From NCBI GenBank assembly GCA_051294375.1, contig CM119264.1, positions 15,711,473 through 15,775,472 on the forward strand: DNA of 64,000 nt. The letters run 5' to 3'. The stretch comes from Paraspadella gotoi. Lineage: Eukaryota; Animalia; Chaetognatha. Shown one piece after another: positions 1 to 50,200 of the stretch. Position 1 is the first letter of the stretch; each line of letters starts with the position of its first letter. A model generated the notes under the pieces. It did not search any database and was not told the DNA's origin. It saw only the letters and a list, made by a program, of their open reading frames with translations. The position numbers and the translations under genes are program-made.

Positions 1-1000
1 ATAACCTTGAACCGAGCTGAAAGAATTGTTCGAGTCCCAGGTTCGGATGCACCTGCGTTGGGTTGCGTCTCGAGAAACTGAGGTGTCTTCGAGGGGCGTC
101 GAGATTTGTGTAGCAAAAAGGCGCCATTTGGTGTCGCACCTCTTCGTTCTCATCCACTGTTTCATATTTGGTTGGTTATATTTCGTGCAATTTTCATAAA
201 TACTATATATTACTATATATTATATAACTATAATATACTAAATATATATTACTATATATAGTATATATTTTTACGAGTAAATGAGAGAATAGCTTGAATA
301 TCAAATTTACCCCGCGTAAATAGTCTTCCATCTATTTCAGGCGAACTGGCAGACAATTTCCAAAATATACCATTCCTAGATCACCGCAACTAATAGGCAG
401 TGTCAAATAATCTCAAGTTTTAAATTTTTACTTTATTTAAACAGTTTATTCATCATTATGGAGATTATTCATCTCACCCACAACTTTTACGATCGGCTTG
501 AAGCGGCATAGATCCGAAGGGATCCGCTGCTTCCGGTTTTGGAGGCGGCCGGACGATGTCGCAGAGACGCTTCATCGACAAGGTCAGTTTGAGTCAGCGT
601 CTCCTGAGTTTCGCAGTTTTGACGGCGGGCGGCGAGCCAGCGTCGACGCCAGGGCGGCGCAAGTGGCGCCTTTCGAAGACGTCGACGAAATGCGAAAAAG
701 CTTCTTTTAGAAGAGCGTCGACCGTCTACGTCCGCTTTAGGAGAAGCATCGCATCAGAGTCGCAACTAATGGGAACAACATTAAAATTTCAGTGAACCAA
801 TTTTAAATTACATTTTCTCTTAATGATCTTATTATAAATGAGATGCTCAATGAAAGAGTTGCATCCGCTATTGTAGCAGACTTTGACGATTATTGCTGCC
901 ATCAACATTACGCTTGTTTGATCCTCCTCTTCGATAAGCTTCTTTACGAGCAAGTCATGAGGCCAATACGTTTCAACGTCGAAATCTTGATTCGGATCTT
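1..1000 (-). pseudogene. Possible degraded multi-exon gene fragment
   Basis: GC-rich blocks bounded by AG/GT (478-765, 311-389, ~810-997, ~6-170); the best frame has in-frame stops; no recognisable homology. Confidence 0.3.
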
Positions 1001-1034
1001 CAACAAGGATTAAAGAAATAAAAATTAAGAAATA

Positions 1035-1725
1035 CAGGGTGGGACCATATATCGAGACAAAACTTAACGTCCCTGCCCTGTTCTGAACGATTTTTGAGAT
1101 ACAATAATAAAATAGTTGCCAAAGATTTCTTGTCTAAGGGCGTTGTGGATGTTTTCAAATCATTGTCATTTTTATACGCGCACCTTACATTGCCATAGCT
1201 ATTATAAGCCATACTTGTTAATATTTTTCAGTGGTCGTTTTTGAACATGCAGTTGTTATTGTCTCTATCTTCAATTGACCTGATTTTAAGCTTTTCATCA
1301 CTGTCCAAGATTAAAACTTATTTTAATTTTTTTTCAGGTTAAGCTAGAACAAATTTTAAAAAGATTTTAACAAACCGTACCTGCTTACTTCAAATATTAT
1401 TTTAACCGAAATGCAATGTACACTTTGCCAGAAGCAATATTATACTATAATTGAATATTTCTAAATAATATTTAACTGTTATGCCTTGATTAGATTAAAT
1501 AATAATTTTTTCAAACATTATACTTCCAAACCGCGCGGAGAAAATCGAGCAGTTGCTTTTACTGCATCAAAAAAAAAGCATTGCATTAAAGAATTTCAAA
1601 AAGATTAAAATATTAAAATATAAAAATATTATACAGATATTTATTCAGATTTTTAAAAATAATTAAGAGTTTTTAGAGCTAATTGATTTTTTAAATTGAC
1701 CTCTATATATGGTCCCAACCCCTTG
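1035..1725. mobile_element. Tc1/mariner-like MITE upstream of the IMPDH promoter
   Basis: Imperfect TIR CAGGGTGGGACCATATAT with TA on both sides. Confidence 0.6.
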
Positions 1726-1798
1726 TAAATGATGTAATAACATCTCATGTAATCCAACCAATAAATCAATGACCTTTTGAAATTCCCAAGCTCGACAA

Positions 1799-1836
1799 TA
1801 TATATATACCTCCCTCCTCCAGCGTCTCTCCATTCG
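1799..1836 (+). promoter_or_regulatory. Probable IMPDH core promoter (TATA box + initiator)
   Basis: TATATATA at 1801 lies 31 nt upstream of the A (1832) in the Inr-like CCATTC; GC-rich leader with no ATG until 1901. Confidence 0.55.
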
Positions 1837-1900
1837 CCACATCATAAATCCGCGCTTTCCAGCAGTTGAGCGATCGTCGGTGTGTCAGTGTTTATCTGCG

Positions 1901-39444
<37,544 letters not shown>

Positions 39445-39572
39445 ATTGACTGGTTGTTTTTGGTTTTATAAGTTGGCAGAATGATTTACTAACAATAATA
39501 ATATTCTTTATATGGTTCTAAATTTTAAACGTAATCAGTAATGTATCATTCGTAGCTTCTCANNNNNNNNNN

Positions 39573-39901
39573 AGGACTTCTAACTTCAACTTCTACTTCA
39601 CTTCACTTCACTTTACTTCAACTTCTTCACTTCACCACTTTTACTTCACCTTCACAACTTTACCTTCACTTCACTCTTTACTTCTTCACTTCTCTTAACT
39701 ACAACTTACAACTACTTGTCAAGTCCTGGGCTTCGCCTTTGTGGCCGAGACTTTGTCGTCCTCATCTATTGAGCTTCATAGACCGGCGCCATCGTCTCCT
39801 CTGCGCCATTACGCCACAAATACCAACGCTTTATTTGGCGTAGAGTTAGCCCGGAAAAGTTAGCAAGTCAATGAAACCACTCTCCGAACTTAGTTCAAAC
39901 A
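39573..39901 (+). mobile_element. LTR 3' part just downstream of the IMPDH stop (5' end lost in gap)
   Basis: Near-identical to 62773-63049. Confidence 0.75.
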
Positions 39902-40504
39902 CGAGTCATGAAAAGTGTTAGATTAATAAAACCTAAAAATATCTGGCTATTAAAATTTTAATTGAGCTTATAACTCGCATAAAATGAAATCTATGATATT
40001 TAGTAATGCGGCTTTAAGCAAGAGTAGTCTTATCATTGACAGTAAAGAAGAATGTATTGTAATTAAATGTAGACCATAGAAGAATATAAATAAAACTACT
40101 TGGCTGACCGTCATTTCGTGCAAACGAAAACTAGAGGTCAGTTAAATAGGTAGAAGCATTCCTTCGTCTTCTGTCTCCGATGACGCCTGGGTTCCTATGT
40201 ACCATCCTAAAAAAATACTACAGGGACTTTAATCTGGAGCGATACGAAAAGACTTGATTAAACTCGTAATTCTTTCACTTTATATTATTTTTATAACATT
40301 ATTATTAGTTATAAAACTACTTGACGTTCATGTGACTAAAAAAATGTTAAAATTTTCTAATAGTATAATCAAGCGCGGAATCACTTTTCTTCATTTTTTT
40401 CGTCCAAATTTTAAGTTTTTAACAATTTTTAACGCTTATTGTGAAGTTATCTGATATAAAAATAAAAGTTTTGGGTGATAAAAAGTAAGTTTAAGATTGG
40501 TTAT

Positions 40505-40965
40505 TTCAAGGAGTTGCGCCGCATTACTTATCTTATCTTTAAAAACAAAAGGCGGCGCCAGTCGTCGCTGAGATTTGATTTTTGAGCAACAAATTAGGCA
40601 TTAGGCCGGAAGAAGTTCTCTCAAATAATGGTTAAGCGACTGTTAGAGAATATGAAAATAAGAATAATTTTTAAATCTTATTAATAAGCGCACGGAAGCA
40701 TTTAAAGATTATTTTATTACTATATAAAGTTTATGAATTAGTTCATTGGGTTATTATTTTAAAGTTGTATTGAAAATCGATTTAGTACTAAAAGGATTTT
40801 TTTTTGAGAGAACTAGAAGTTATAAAAAGTGTTTAATTTTGGCCAGCCTTAATAAGCAAGATATAAGCGTTTTTAACGTAAGTAGGACAGACCGACGGAC
40901 AGACATACCGACCGACCGAAAAGTGACTCAGAGTTGCTCCGTGAGTACTCGCTGCGCAACTTAAA
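40505..40965 (-). mobile_element. HINE-like family 2 (copies 38450-38672 -, 9352-9425 +)
   Basis: Terminal hairpin GTTGCGCCGCGAGTACTCGCGGAGCAAC followed by (GTCG/GTCT)n. Confidence 0.6.
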
Positions 40966-42477
40966 ACTTCAATAGTAATTAAGTTAGGTTTTACATAACT
41001 ATTATATATCAACAAAGTCGTCTTTCATAATTTTTTTCTCTCAAGCTGAAATTTTTATTTTTCATAGATTTTAAAGGGAAAACGTGATGATTATTATCAA
41101 GTATTATTCATATTATAAAATTTGGCAACATTTTACTTTCACCGACTGGGGTTTTGGTGTCTTGAAAAGCCATTTAAAATTTTTAGTCGGATCTGCTTTC
41201 AGCAGATTCCGACTCTATAATTCACTTTGTCGGTCCGACCCCTCAATCTTGTCGGGCATTCACTTATATCATGTCAGAACATCGAATTATGATAAATTAT
41301 GCACCAAAAAAAAATGATGTCCGTCCGTCCCACCTTAGCAAAAAACACCAATTACTCGTGATTGGATGGATGGATTCAAATGAAATTTTGTGTGTGGGTA
41401 GGGAAGTGTGTGATTGAGCTGGATATGAAGTTTCGATGGAATCGTCCGAGTGGAAATGAGTTTAAATAAATAAAAAAAAATATATTTCACTATTTGAACA
41501 CCAATTACTCATGAGTGGATGGGGTGATTGACTTGAAATTTTGTATTGGGTAAAAAAGTGTGTGATTAAACTGGAAATCAAGTTTTGATGGAATCGTTAG
41601 AGTGGAAATGAGTTTAAATGAAAAAAACAAAGAACCTGTTTCACTAATTGATTATGCTTATTTTTATTTTAAATGTAAATTCAAGATGTATTAATTAATC
41701 AATTAGTCAATTAATTAATCAATAATTAATCAAAACAAACATTTTAGATCATATTAATTAATTAATTGCCTAATTAATTAAATAATTAACTTGAATTAAT
41801 TAATTACTGATAATGATCGTGGGCAGATCCGACATTGTTTACTCAAACTTATTTAAAATAAAAAAATGTCAAAAAAAAACAAGTATGGGTAATTTGACTA
41901 TTCGAGGTCCGCAACCAACCTTAGCTACCAAAATAGGCCAAAATGAAGTACGAATTCAGAAGGAATGAGCTCCTCTCGATTCCGAAAATGTATTCACTTT
42001 AAACATTTGATGCATTCTACCCCATTTTATATCGGTTTTAATTATAATATAAATAAAAGAAACCTATCTGAAGAGTTGCAGGTCAAATGAAAAGGCCAAT
42101 CCATCTGATATTTTTTATGAATTCTTTTATTACTGAATTAGAAAAATGTAATAGAGAGACATTTTTAAATTTCAACTTGTATCCTTGAAAATCAAACGTT
42201 TTTAAACTTTAACCCTGAATTCTTTCTAACTGGAAACGCGTTTATCAAAATGTCTCTCTATTACATTTTTACAAATGTTTTTAAGATTGCTAATCAAATT
42301 TTTAATTCAATATTATTGCAGTCGTTTAGGCTGCAACTCTTCAAATTCAGTGTAGATTCATTGTAGCTCGAATTTCTTTACCATCTATTTAACTGAAGAT
42401 TTTGTTCATGCTGGAAAACCAACAGAGTAACGAGATTAATTGTTTAATTCTCCCTTCTAAATTATCGCCATACCGCG

Positions 42478-43236
42478 TGTGTTGAACTAATCGTGAGAAG
42501 TGGCGTTTTGAAAATTCTTAACTGGTGGAGACTAGGCTATTCCTGCGCATTGAAGACACATTGGAGTCGGGTATAAAAAATGGCGCAGAAGAGACGATGG
42601 CGGCCGGTCAAGGACGCCCTGGAGATGACGACGACAAAGTCTCGCGTAGATGACGTCGGCTAAGGCCGAAAGGACGACGATCTACGAAGCCCAGGACTTG
42701 ACGAATGTAGATGTAGAGTCATGATGCTGCTTGATCTTGTTAAGAGAAGTCCTGGGCAAAGAAATAACAAACATTTATCACAAACTCAGGCAATATATAT
42801 ATAAAGTTTTAAAGTGTCTTTCTTACTTGTTTCTGAAGCCATAAATATACAAAAATAGAGATGCTTCTCTCATAGAAAGTCCACACGAAACCAGCGATCA
42901 ACAAAAAATGAGATTCCGAGATATCTAATCAAGAGTTTCTATGCTCTGAAAAGGAACTAAAAAACCCAGTGACAACTTTGAGATCTGAAGATGCACGTGG
43001 CCCAGAATTCGATTAAATCTAATGCGAAATCTATCGAAATCAGGGCACCGAATCAGAATAGCTGTAACACTGCTTCGGAATTCTGTATAAGTATAAACAA
43101 AGAAGAGCCTAAAGATTCTGTTGATCGCTGGAATGGAAGCATTTTCGATGTCAGTAATAAAGAGCAAAGAGCAAGGGGAAAGAGTTTAGAAGAAGCTGGA
43201 TTTTTTCGTCATAATTAGAGATAGTTATTTGTAACG
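42478..43236 (-). mobile_element. Diverged solo LTR of the same family
   Basis: Reverse complement is colinear with 62328-63049; no TSD seen. Confidence 0.65.
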
Positions 43237-43624
43237 TTCTTACCTAGAAATTTTTTAACAACCCAAGATTGAAAAACAATTTAAAAAATGTGCTTACCGC
43301 ATTTGACTTACAATTTTTGTGGTATTTACCCATGTTAAAGAAAAAGTGATTGAAAAACAGGAATGTTTACATGTAAATAAATAACTGTATTGTTTTTGTG
43401 ATTACTGATACTATATAGTGTATTTCTCGATATATTAGCTCTAATGCATTGATGATTACGTATTATTATGCTGAATGACCTTTCCTCTTAATCCATTTAA
43501 TTTTGTTTTCTCTCTAGTTTTTTTCAGTTTGCATAATTTTTTTTATTTCTTCATTTTTTATTTGTTGAAAAAAATATTTTTGTATTATTTCTTCAAATAA
43601 TTACTTTAAATTTATTTTAATTTC

Positions 43625-43972
43625 ATTTTAAACGGTTAGAAATTGGGTTAAGAGTGGTTAGGGATTAGGGTTAGGTGAGGGTTTAGGGGTAGTTAAGGGA
43701 GTTTTTGAAATTAAATTTGCAATAAGTTTTTCTCCCTTTACCAGTGCCCTTTTTTTTATTTTTGCGTAACGAGATTTCTATACAACGCTCATAAAAAGCG
43801 AAAAACAAATAACCGACTACAAAATACCAGTCAGCGAATGTAAAAATAAGCTAAAATTATTACCAATTTACCCTAACCCCGGTCGGCGAAAGTAGAATTA
43901 ACCCTCTCTGGAGGCGTGGGTTAGAATCTAGAAAGTAAAATTAACCCTCTCTGGAAGAGTGGGTTAGAATCT
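43625..43972. mobile_element. Dispersed repeat with degenerate (TTAGGG)n-like tract and CCGGTCGGCGAA motif (copies 9985-10046 + 14983-15110, 16245-16475, 24345-24478, 55175-55310)
   Basis: Shared sequence among at least five copies; terminal AACCC..GGGTT stem-loop duplicated at 43890-43971. Confidence 0.6.
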
Positions 43973-43974
43973 TA

Positions 43975-44290
43975 CCACTTCCACCACATTTAAGTAGACA
44001 GAAATTTCAACATGAAAACAAAGTGGATTTTATTCTCAAAAAAGTCACAAGCAAAGACGGTGTCAGAATTTGAGACAGATGAATTCAATACAAAATGGTC
44101 CAGTATTTATACAATCGGATCATCGATACGGGCTCGTTTCCCGATGGCATGAAGCCTCTCTTCTCATTGGTCCGTTTCAATGATGATTCATTCAATCAGA
44201 GAGACCTGGGCGGATTTCATACGATTCGCGGATCCGATTCCATTCTTGGTTCCGATTCAATCTGCGATGACATTTACTCCAGTATCTTAT
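43975..44290 (-). mobile_element. Possible solo LTR or promoter-like cassette
   Basis: CCAAT, GTATAAATA and AATAAA occur in order on the - strand; no clear TG..CA ends or TSD. Confidence 0.3.
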
Positions 44291-46389
44291 TAATCATAAA
44301 AATGAAGCATGAAACAAAATTCAATTGATTGATAGTAAGATCCACTTTTAAAGTAAAAATTCTGCTTCTTCAGAAATTTACCCACTGAGGAAAATGTTTA
44401 TAACTTAGCAACTATCCTAGCTAAAATGTTAAAAATTGTATTACTTGATTGCTCTTCGTTTTGATTATATGACAAGTTTTTTCATATCACTCCAGATTGA
44501 AGTCCCCTGTATATTCGTCTGAATTTGTTGTACAAAGTTACTCAAAAAGATGCATTGCACATTTGAAACGATGTTAAGAAAAAAATTACTACGTATATCG
44601 TAGAGACTTCACATTTAATTTGTTGATTGGTTTAAAAATCCACTGAATAAGGACGTGGTGCTATTACTCCTTGGCCGAAAACTTTGATGCTCTTTATGGC
44701 CAGTAGGCAAAGACGATTGAAGAATATTACTAAAAGTTTAAAAACAAATTTTAATATTTCTTACAAGGACATTTACAAACAAAACCCCAACCTGTCGCTT
44801 AAGGGACTAGCGAGGAGAGTGTCCTCCCTGGACCCGAGCAAGTTTGGCTCTCGATCCTTCTGCGGATTAGATTCTAAATCAGAGGCTGGTAAATGAAACG
44901 GTGTTGCCGGCGCCGACGTAACACGCTGAGGACAAAGTCAAGAGGAATTAACGTCAGAAAAAAAAATACAACAAATGCTTTGAAAACAAGTTTGAGCAAA
45001 CAATGTCGGATCTGCCTACGATAATAAAGCGGTAATCAGATGATAAATCACGATAATTCTTTCAATTTGTGATCCTAACTAATGACAACAAATCGTACCA
45101 AACCAATGGCTGCGCCAAAACATGTTAATTGCTTGCAAGGATTAAACTGAACTGTTACTATGGTACAAAAAATTTTTTTAACTATTATTATTTTTTCAAC
45201 TGGCATCATTTTTTCACTTTAATTAATCAATGAATTAATTTATTTATTTATTGAGTATGCATAAATAATAAAAATTTCAGACAACTTGACTTTGGTATTT
45301 TTCATGCAAATTCATTTCCACTCCTAGATTCCATCGAAACTTTATATCCTGCTCAATCACACACTTTCCTATCCACACATAAAATTTCATTTCAATCTAT
45401 CTATCCAATTTGTAATAAATATATAAGTAAATATGACTGGCGGTAACCGACCAAATTTAAATTTTAATGGGAACAGCATTAATCGAATCCATTATTGATT
45501 GGTATTAGTTGTGTTAAAATATTTTTTTGCAAAAATGTTCCGAGCCATGAGTAATTCGTTAATTAAAATTATATTGCTATCTAACATTAAATCTTTTATT
45601 TTTTTATTTTTTTTTAATTGATTCTGATAGAGTTCAAAAAGTTAAGCAAAAAATGTAATTACAACTTTTTAAAATTTTGATGTTTCATTACTAAAAATTA
45701 GCAAAAACTGCTAAAATTATATGATGAGGATGATTTTTTAAAGTTAAACCCATTTATCATCAAAATATTATATTTTGTGCTGACAACTTTTCATAAGCTA
45801 TCTGAATCTGCTTTTAAAAATACAAAATTCAAAAAAAATTTGACATTTCCTATCTATAAATAAATATTAAAAAAATAATTACTAATGCTTCTGGCCATTT
45901 TAGAAAATTTTGGTCCATTGAAAGTTTTCTCAGAAATTTATGAAGTTTCATTTGGGAAGGTTCCCATATCAAACTTCTGACCCACCCCATTGACAAAGTT
46001 TGGCCCTAATATGACTTATGTTTATTCCATTTAAAATCATTTCCACTCGCACGATTCTATCGAAACCTTATATCCAGCTCAATCACACACTTTCATAATC
46101 CTAACCACACACAAACGGACGGACGGACGGACTTCATTTTTTTTAATATAATTTATCAGGAAAAAAAACAGATTTGTGTTCACAACGATTTTTAATGACA
46201 GTTTCAGCTCTTTGAGAGTCTTCATCAGCATAATTTATCATAATTCGATGTTCTGACATGATTTAAGTTGATGCCCGACAAGATTGAGGGGCGGACCGAC
46301 AAAGTGGATTATAGATGTTGGACATAAAAAAAAAAAAAAAAAAACCCGCTCATCATAGAGTCGGGATAAGCAGATCTGACTAAAAACGA

Positions 46390-47162
46390 CCCGTATTGGA
46401 AAACGATGCGGTCATGTTTACAAACTTGTTTGGACTGAGGTTAAACTTTATAATTGATATCTTAATACTGGTCCGTCACTCTTGGCACCGATGTAAAGAA
46501 AAGTAGAGATTGCCAACATATCACATTTACCGGACAGGGAGTAAACGTGTAACTCATTGCTGATTCTCTACCCTTCACGACGCTGGGCGATGAAAAGCGA
46601 AGAACGTGTGCAAGACCTTCCTCTGGGCTGGAATCACCAGCGCTATCGTTTTTCGTGCCGGCCACGGTAGGAGAGTATGGAAATACCGCATCACTTGAGC
46701 ACGGCTCCGGATCGTCCTGATAGCAAGTAATTATTATAAGGCGCTAATAAAAGCTATAACTAAAAAAAACCTGTAGCAGTGGTGTCTGAAGCAGAGTATC
46801 CCCTGTAATTGGGTCTTTGACAGCGATCGGAGCGCTACCCCAAAAGTCGTCGTTCTCCAAGAGACTCGCGCCTAAAAGTCCCAAAGTTCCAGCGTCGACC
46901 CCGGGAAATGAAGTTGGCAAAGATTTAGTGTCAAATACTGGAGAATCCATGGAGCCAATGGACGAAGCGCCATCTGTAGAAGGAAAAGTTGAAAGATAAA
47001 ATTTATGCCATTAGACGCGAAGTTCTGGCAGGAGCCTATTCCAGATATCTGGATGCACCCGACAACCAAAGAATACGAATTACGCTCAAAGATGGGATCT
47101 TTCTACAGAGTGTCTCAAGCGTACTGTCACTTTACATATGAATGCTGTGTCAAATTGTTAAG
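46390..47162 (+). pseudogene. Exon-like GC-rich blocks with stops
   Basis: Two blocks separated by a short GTAATT..AG intron-like gap, ending at AG|GTGAAT; no frame stays open. Confidence 0.25.
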
Positions 47163-47269
47163 GTGAATTATTATTTTGAAATAACCACCAAAAAGATAAG
47201 TTCATACAGTTATTCCTGGTATCTCTAGTATTTTATTTTATTTATTTGTATTTTTATTGACACAATGCG

Positions 47270-50200
47270 CGGTTAAAATGAGGGAGAACTTTATTTTGAC
47301 AAAATTTAGGTTGTGGCGGTATTCACACCGCCTCACATCCAACAGTGAGATGCTCTATATAGTCTTCATTGTTTATTGAGCCTTTTATAGATTGGGAAAG
47401 ATTGACGATAATGATAATAGATGAAGATAGAAAGAATGATTGTGAAGGAAATTTGTTTTTATGGACACTCATTAAGTTTACCTTCAGGAAACTGATAAAC
47501 GCTGGAAATTTAATATGCTATGATTCAGAATATAATCTGAGATGTATAGAGTATTCTATATAACTATTTTCCAGCTGACTGAAGCTTATATGCATTGCTA
47601 ATGTAATTGCTTTATCAAACCATCTGCATCATATCAGCTTCTTTTTTTTATTTTGAATCAATTAAATACTGTCAAATCCGGAAGGGGTATGGTGAAATCT
47701 CTAAGGAAAAGCCTATGAAAAGTATGACCAAAGTATGATCATCATTATACCAAAGCGAGATTGTAAAGAGTTTCTCTTGATTGACTGATTAATTAATTAG
47801 TGATTAATTAATTGACTAATTGATTAATTAACTGATTAATTATTTGATTTATTAATACATCCTGCATATACATTTAATATAAAGGGAAAAAAATCAATCA
47901 ATTAGTGAAACAGGTTTTTTTGTTTTTTTCCATTTAAACTCATTTCCACTCAAACGATTCCATCGAAACTTGGTTTCCTGTTCAATCACTCATTTTCCTA
48001 CTCACATACAAAATTCCAGGTCAATCGCCCCATCCACTCATGAGCAATTGGTGTTCAAATAGTGAATTATATTTTTTTGTTTTTTCCATTTAAACTCATT
48101 TCCACTCGGACGATTCCATCGAAACTTTATATCCAGCTCAATCACACACTTCCCTACCCACACACAAAATTTCATTCAAATCCATCCATCCAATCACGAG
48201 TAATTGGTGTTTTTTGCTAAGGTGGGACGGACGGACATTTTTTTGCATAATTTATCATAATTCGATGTTCTGACATGATATAAGTTAGTGCCCGACAATA
48301 TTGAGGGGGCGGACCGACGGACCGACAAAGTGAATTATAGAGTCGGGATCTGCTGATAAGCAGATCCGACTAAAAACTAAATTGTATGAGTTTCAAAGTT
48401 TTTATTACTAGACACATTTAAGGCCAGGGATCACTCGTCCTAAAATTGTAGAAATCTTAATTTACTGTATCTTAATCATTTTCTCACATCTTGTAAGAGG
48501 TTTTCTATTAAAAAATAATCGAAAACTTTTAAAAATCTTCCTAAAATGTTCATAAAAATTTAAACAAATTTTTTTTTTCGGTAAAACTAGATTTTCAAGA
48601 GAAAAATATTTTTTTTAAATGCAAGCTAAATTTCTACAACTAAATTTTTAATTTAAAACTGATTCTATACAGTAAGCTCAATTTTTACTTCTTATATTTA
48701 ATTCTTCCTTTGGTACAAGTACATACTTGGAGTTGTATCACTAATAAGTCTAAAACAAACTACTACACATTTTCCAGACGAGTTAAAAAACTTATCGAAT
48801 TTATTTCAATTTGACTTTTTACTTTATGTAAATGTTTAATGAGTTTAAAGAGTACTGAATTTAACTTTCTTGACGAAGTGAAGTTAAAAAATGAAGAGTT
48901 GAAGCTCAAACCACAGGACTCTTTTTGAAGAAAAAAATATCTTGGGCAAGAAAGGAAGGTGGAGAGATTCTATGAGCGCGTTTTTGAAAAAATGTTTTTC
49001 GTTTCAAAGATATCAAGGAATTTATCCAAAAAATTGACTAAAATAATCAAATTTTCTATGAAGGAAGGCAAATTTTGAAAGTATCTTTTCATAGAATTGG
49101 AGTTTGTGACCTAAAAGTAATCCATGCCAAATTTCATGAGAAACCGCCTTACCGTTTGGGCCTGCAACTCTTCAAATAGGTTTCTTTTATTTTATGAAAT
49201 TGGTACAACCAATATAAAAATTATCCATTCATTTAATAAATAAGCTATCTTGCCCCTGACTTTGGACAGGCTTTGGTGGTTTAAGGCCTCCATCACTCTT
49301 ACAAGATAATGACATAGCAGGTCACTGCAAGCTTTCAATCAAGACTCTCTCACAGTCTCGTTTATTCACTCCAGAGTACCTGGCTTCCCTATCAATGAAG
49401 TGGTATATTATTTCAAAGAATGTTTCAATTGTATGAAAAGACCACTCCCTTAAGTATTAGATCGGGAATACTTATTGTACTCCGCACTAGCATCAAAATA
49501 CAAGGAGCTGAATTTTATGAAATTGGTACAACCAATATAAAAATTATCCATTCATTTAATAAATAAGCTATCTTGCCCCTGACTTTGGACAGGCTTTGGT
49601 GGTTTAAGGCCTCCATTACCTCTTACAAGATAATGACATAGCAGGACACTGCAAGCTTTGAATCAAAACTCTCTCACAGACTCGTTTATTCACTCCCACA
49701 GTACCTGGCTTCCCTATCAATGAAGTGGTATAATATTTCAAAGAATGTTTCAATTGTATGAAAAGACCACTCCCTTATATAATACATAGTACAAAAAAAA
49801 TCGAAAAAACGATAACGCCTTTGAAAAAATAATAAAGTGAATACATTTTCTGAATCGTCAGGAGCTCTCCTTTCGAAATCCGAGCTCGGTTTTCGCCTAA
49901 TTATAATTTGAATTGAGTGATCCCGGACCTTAAAACGTGAAAATACTTCCAAAATACTCGTAGGAAATGAGTTTCTTCGGGGCGAGCGCTGATTCTGCTT
50001 TGGTCGAAACTAAAAAGTACGGCGCGAGTTTCCACAAGAAAAAGTTGACCATAAAATATTTGACCAAACGCTCGAATTAAGAGAAAGCGAGACATGACCT
50101 TTTCAACAGAGATATTATTATTTAACTAAGTAGCTGGTTGTTGGAAAGATTTGAATATTTTAAAATTGATAAAACGGTTAAAATGAGGGAGAACTTTATT

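Noticed and set aside
1000-1845. ORFs 1000-1212 and 1663-1845 as genes
   Set aside because: They overlap a TA-flanked MITE and the IMPDH promoter; no recognisable domain.
44795-44835. HDV-like ribozyme (CTCCTCGCT loop on - strand)
   Set aside because: Could not build P1, P1.1 (GG) or P2/P4.
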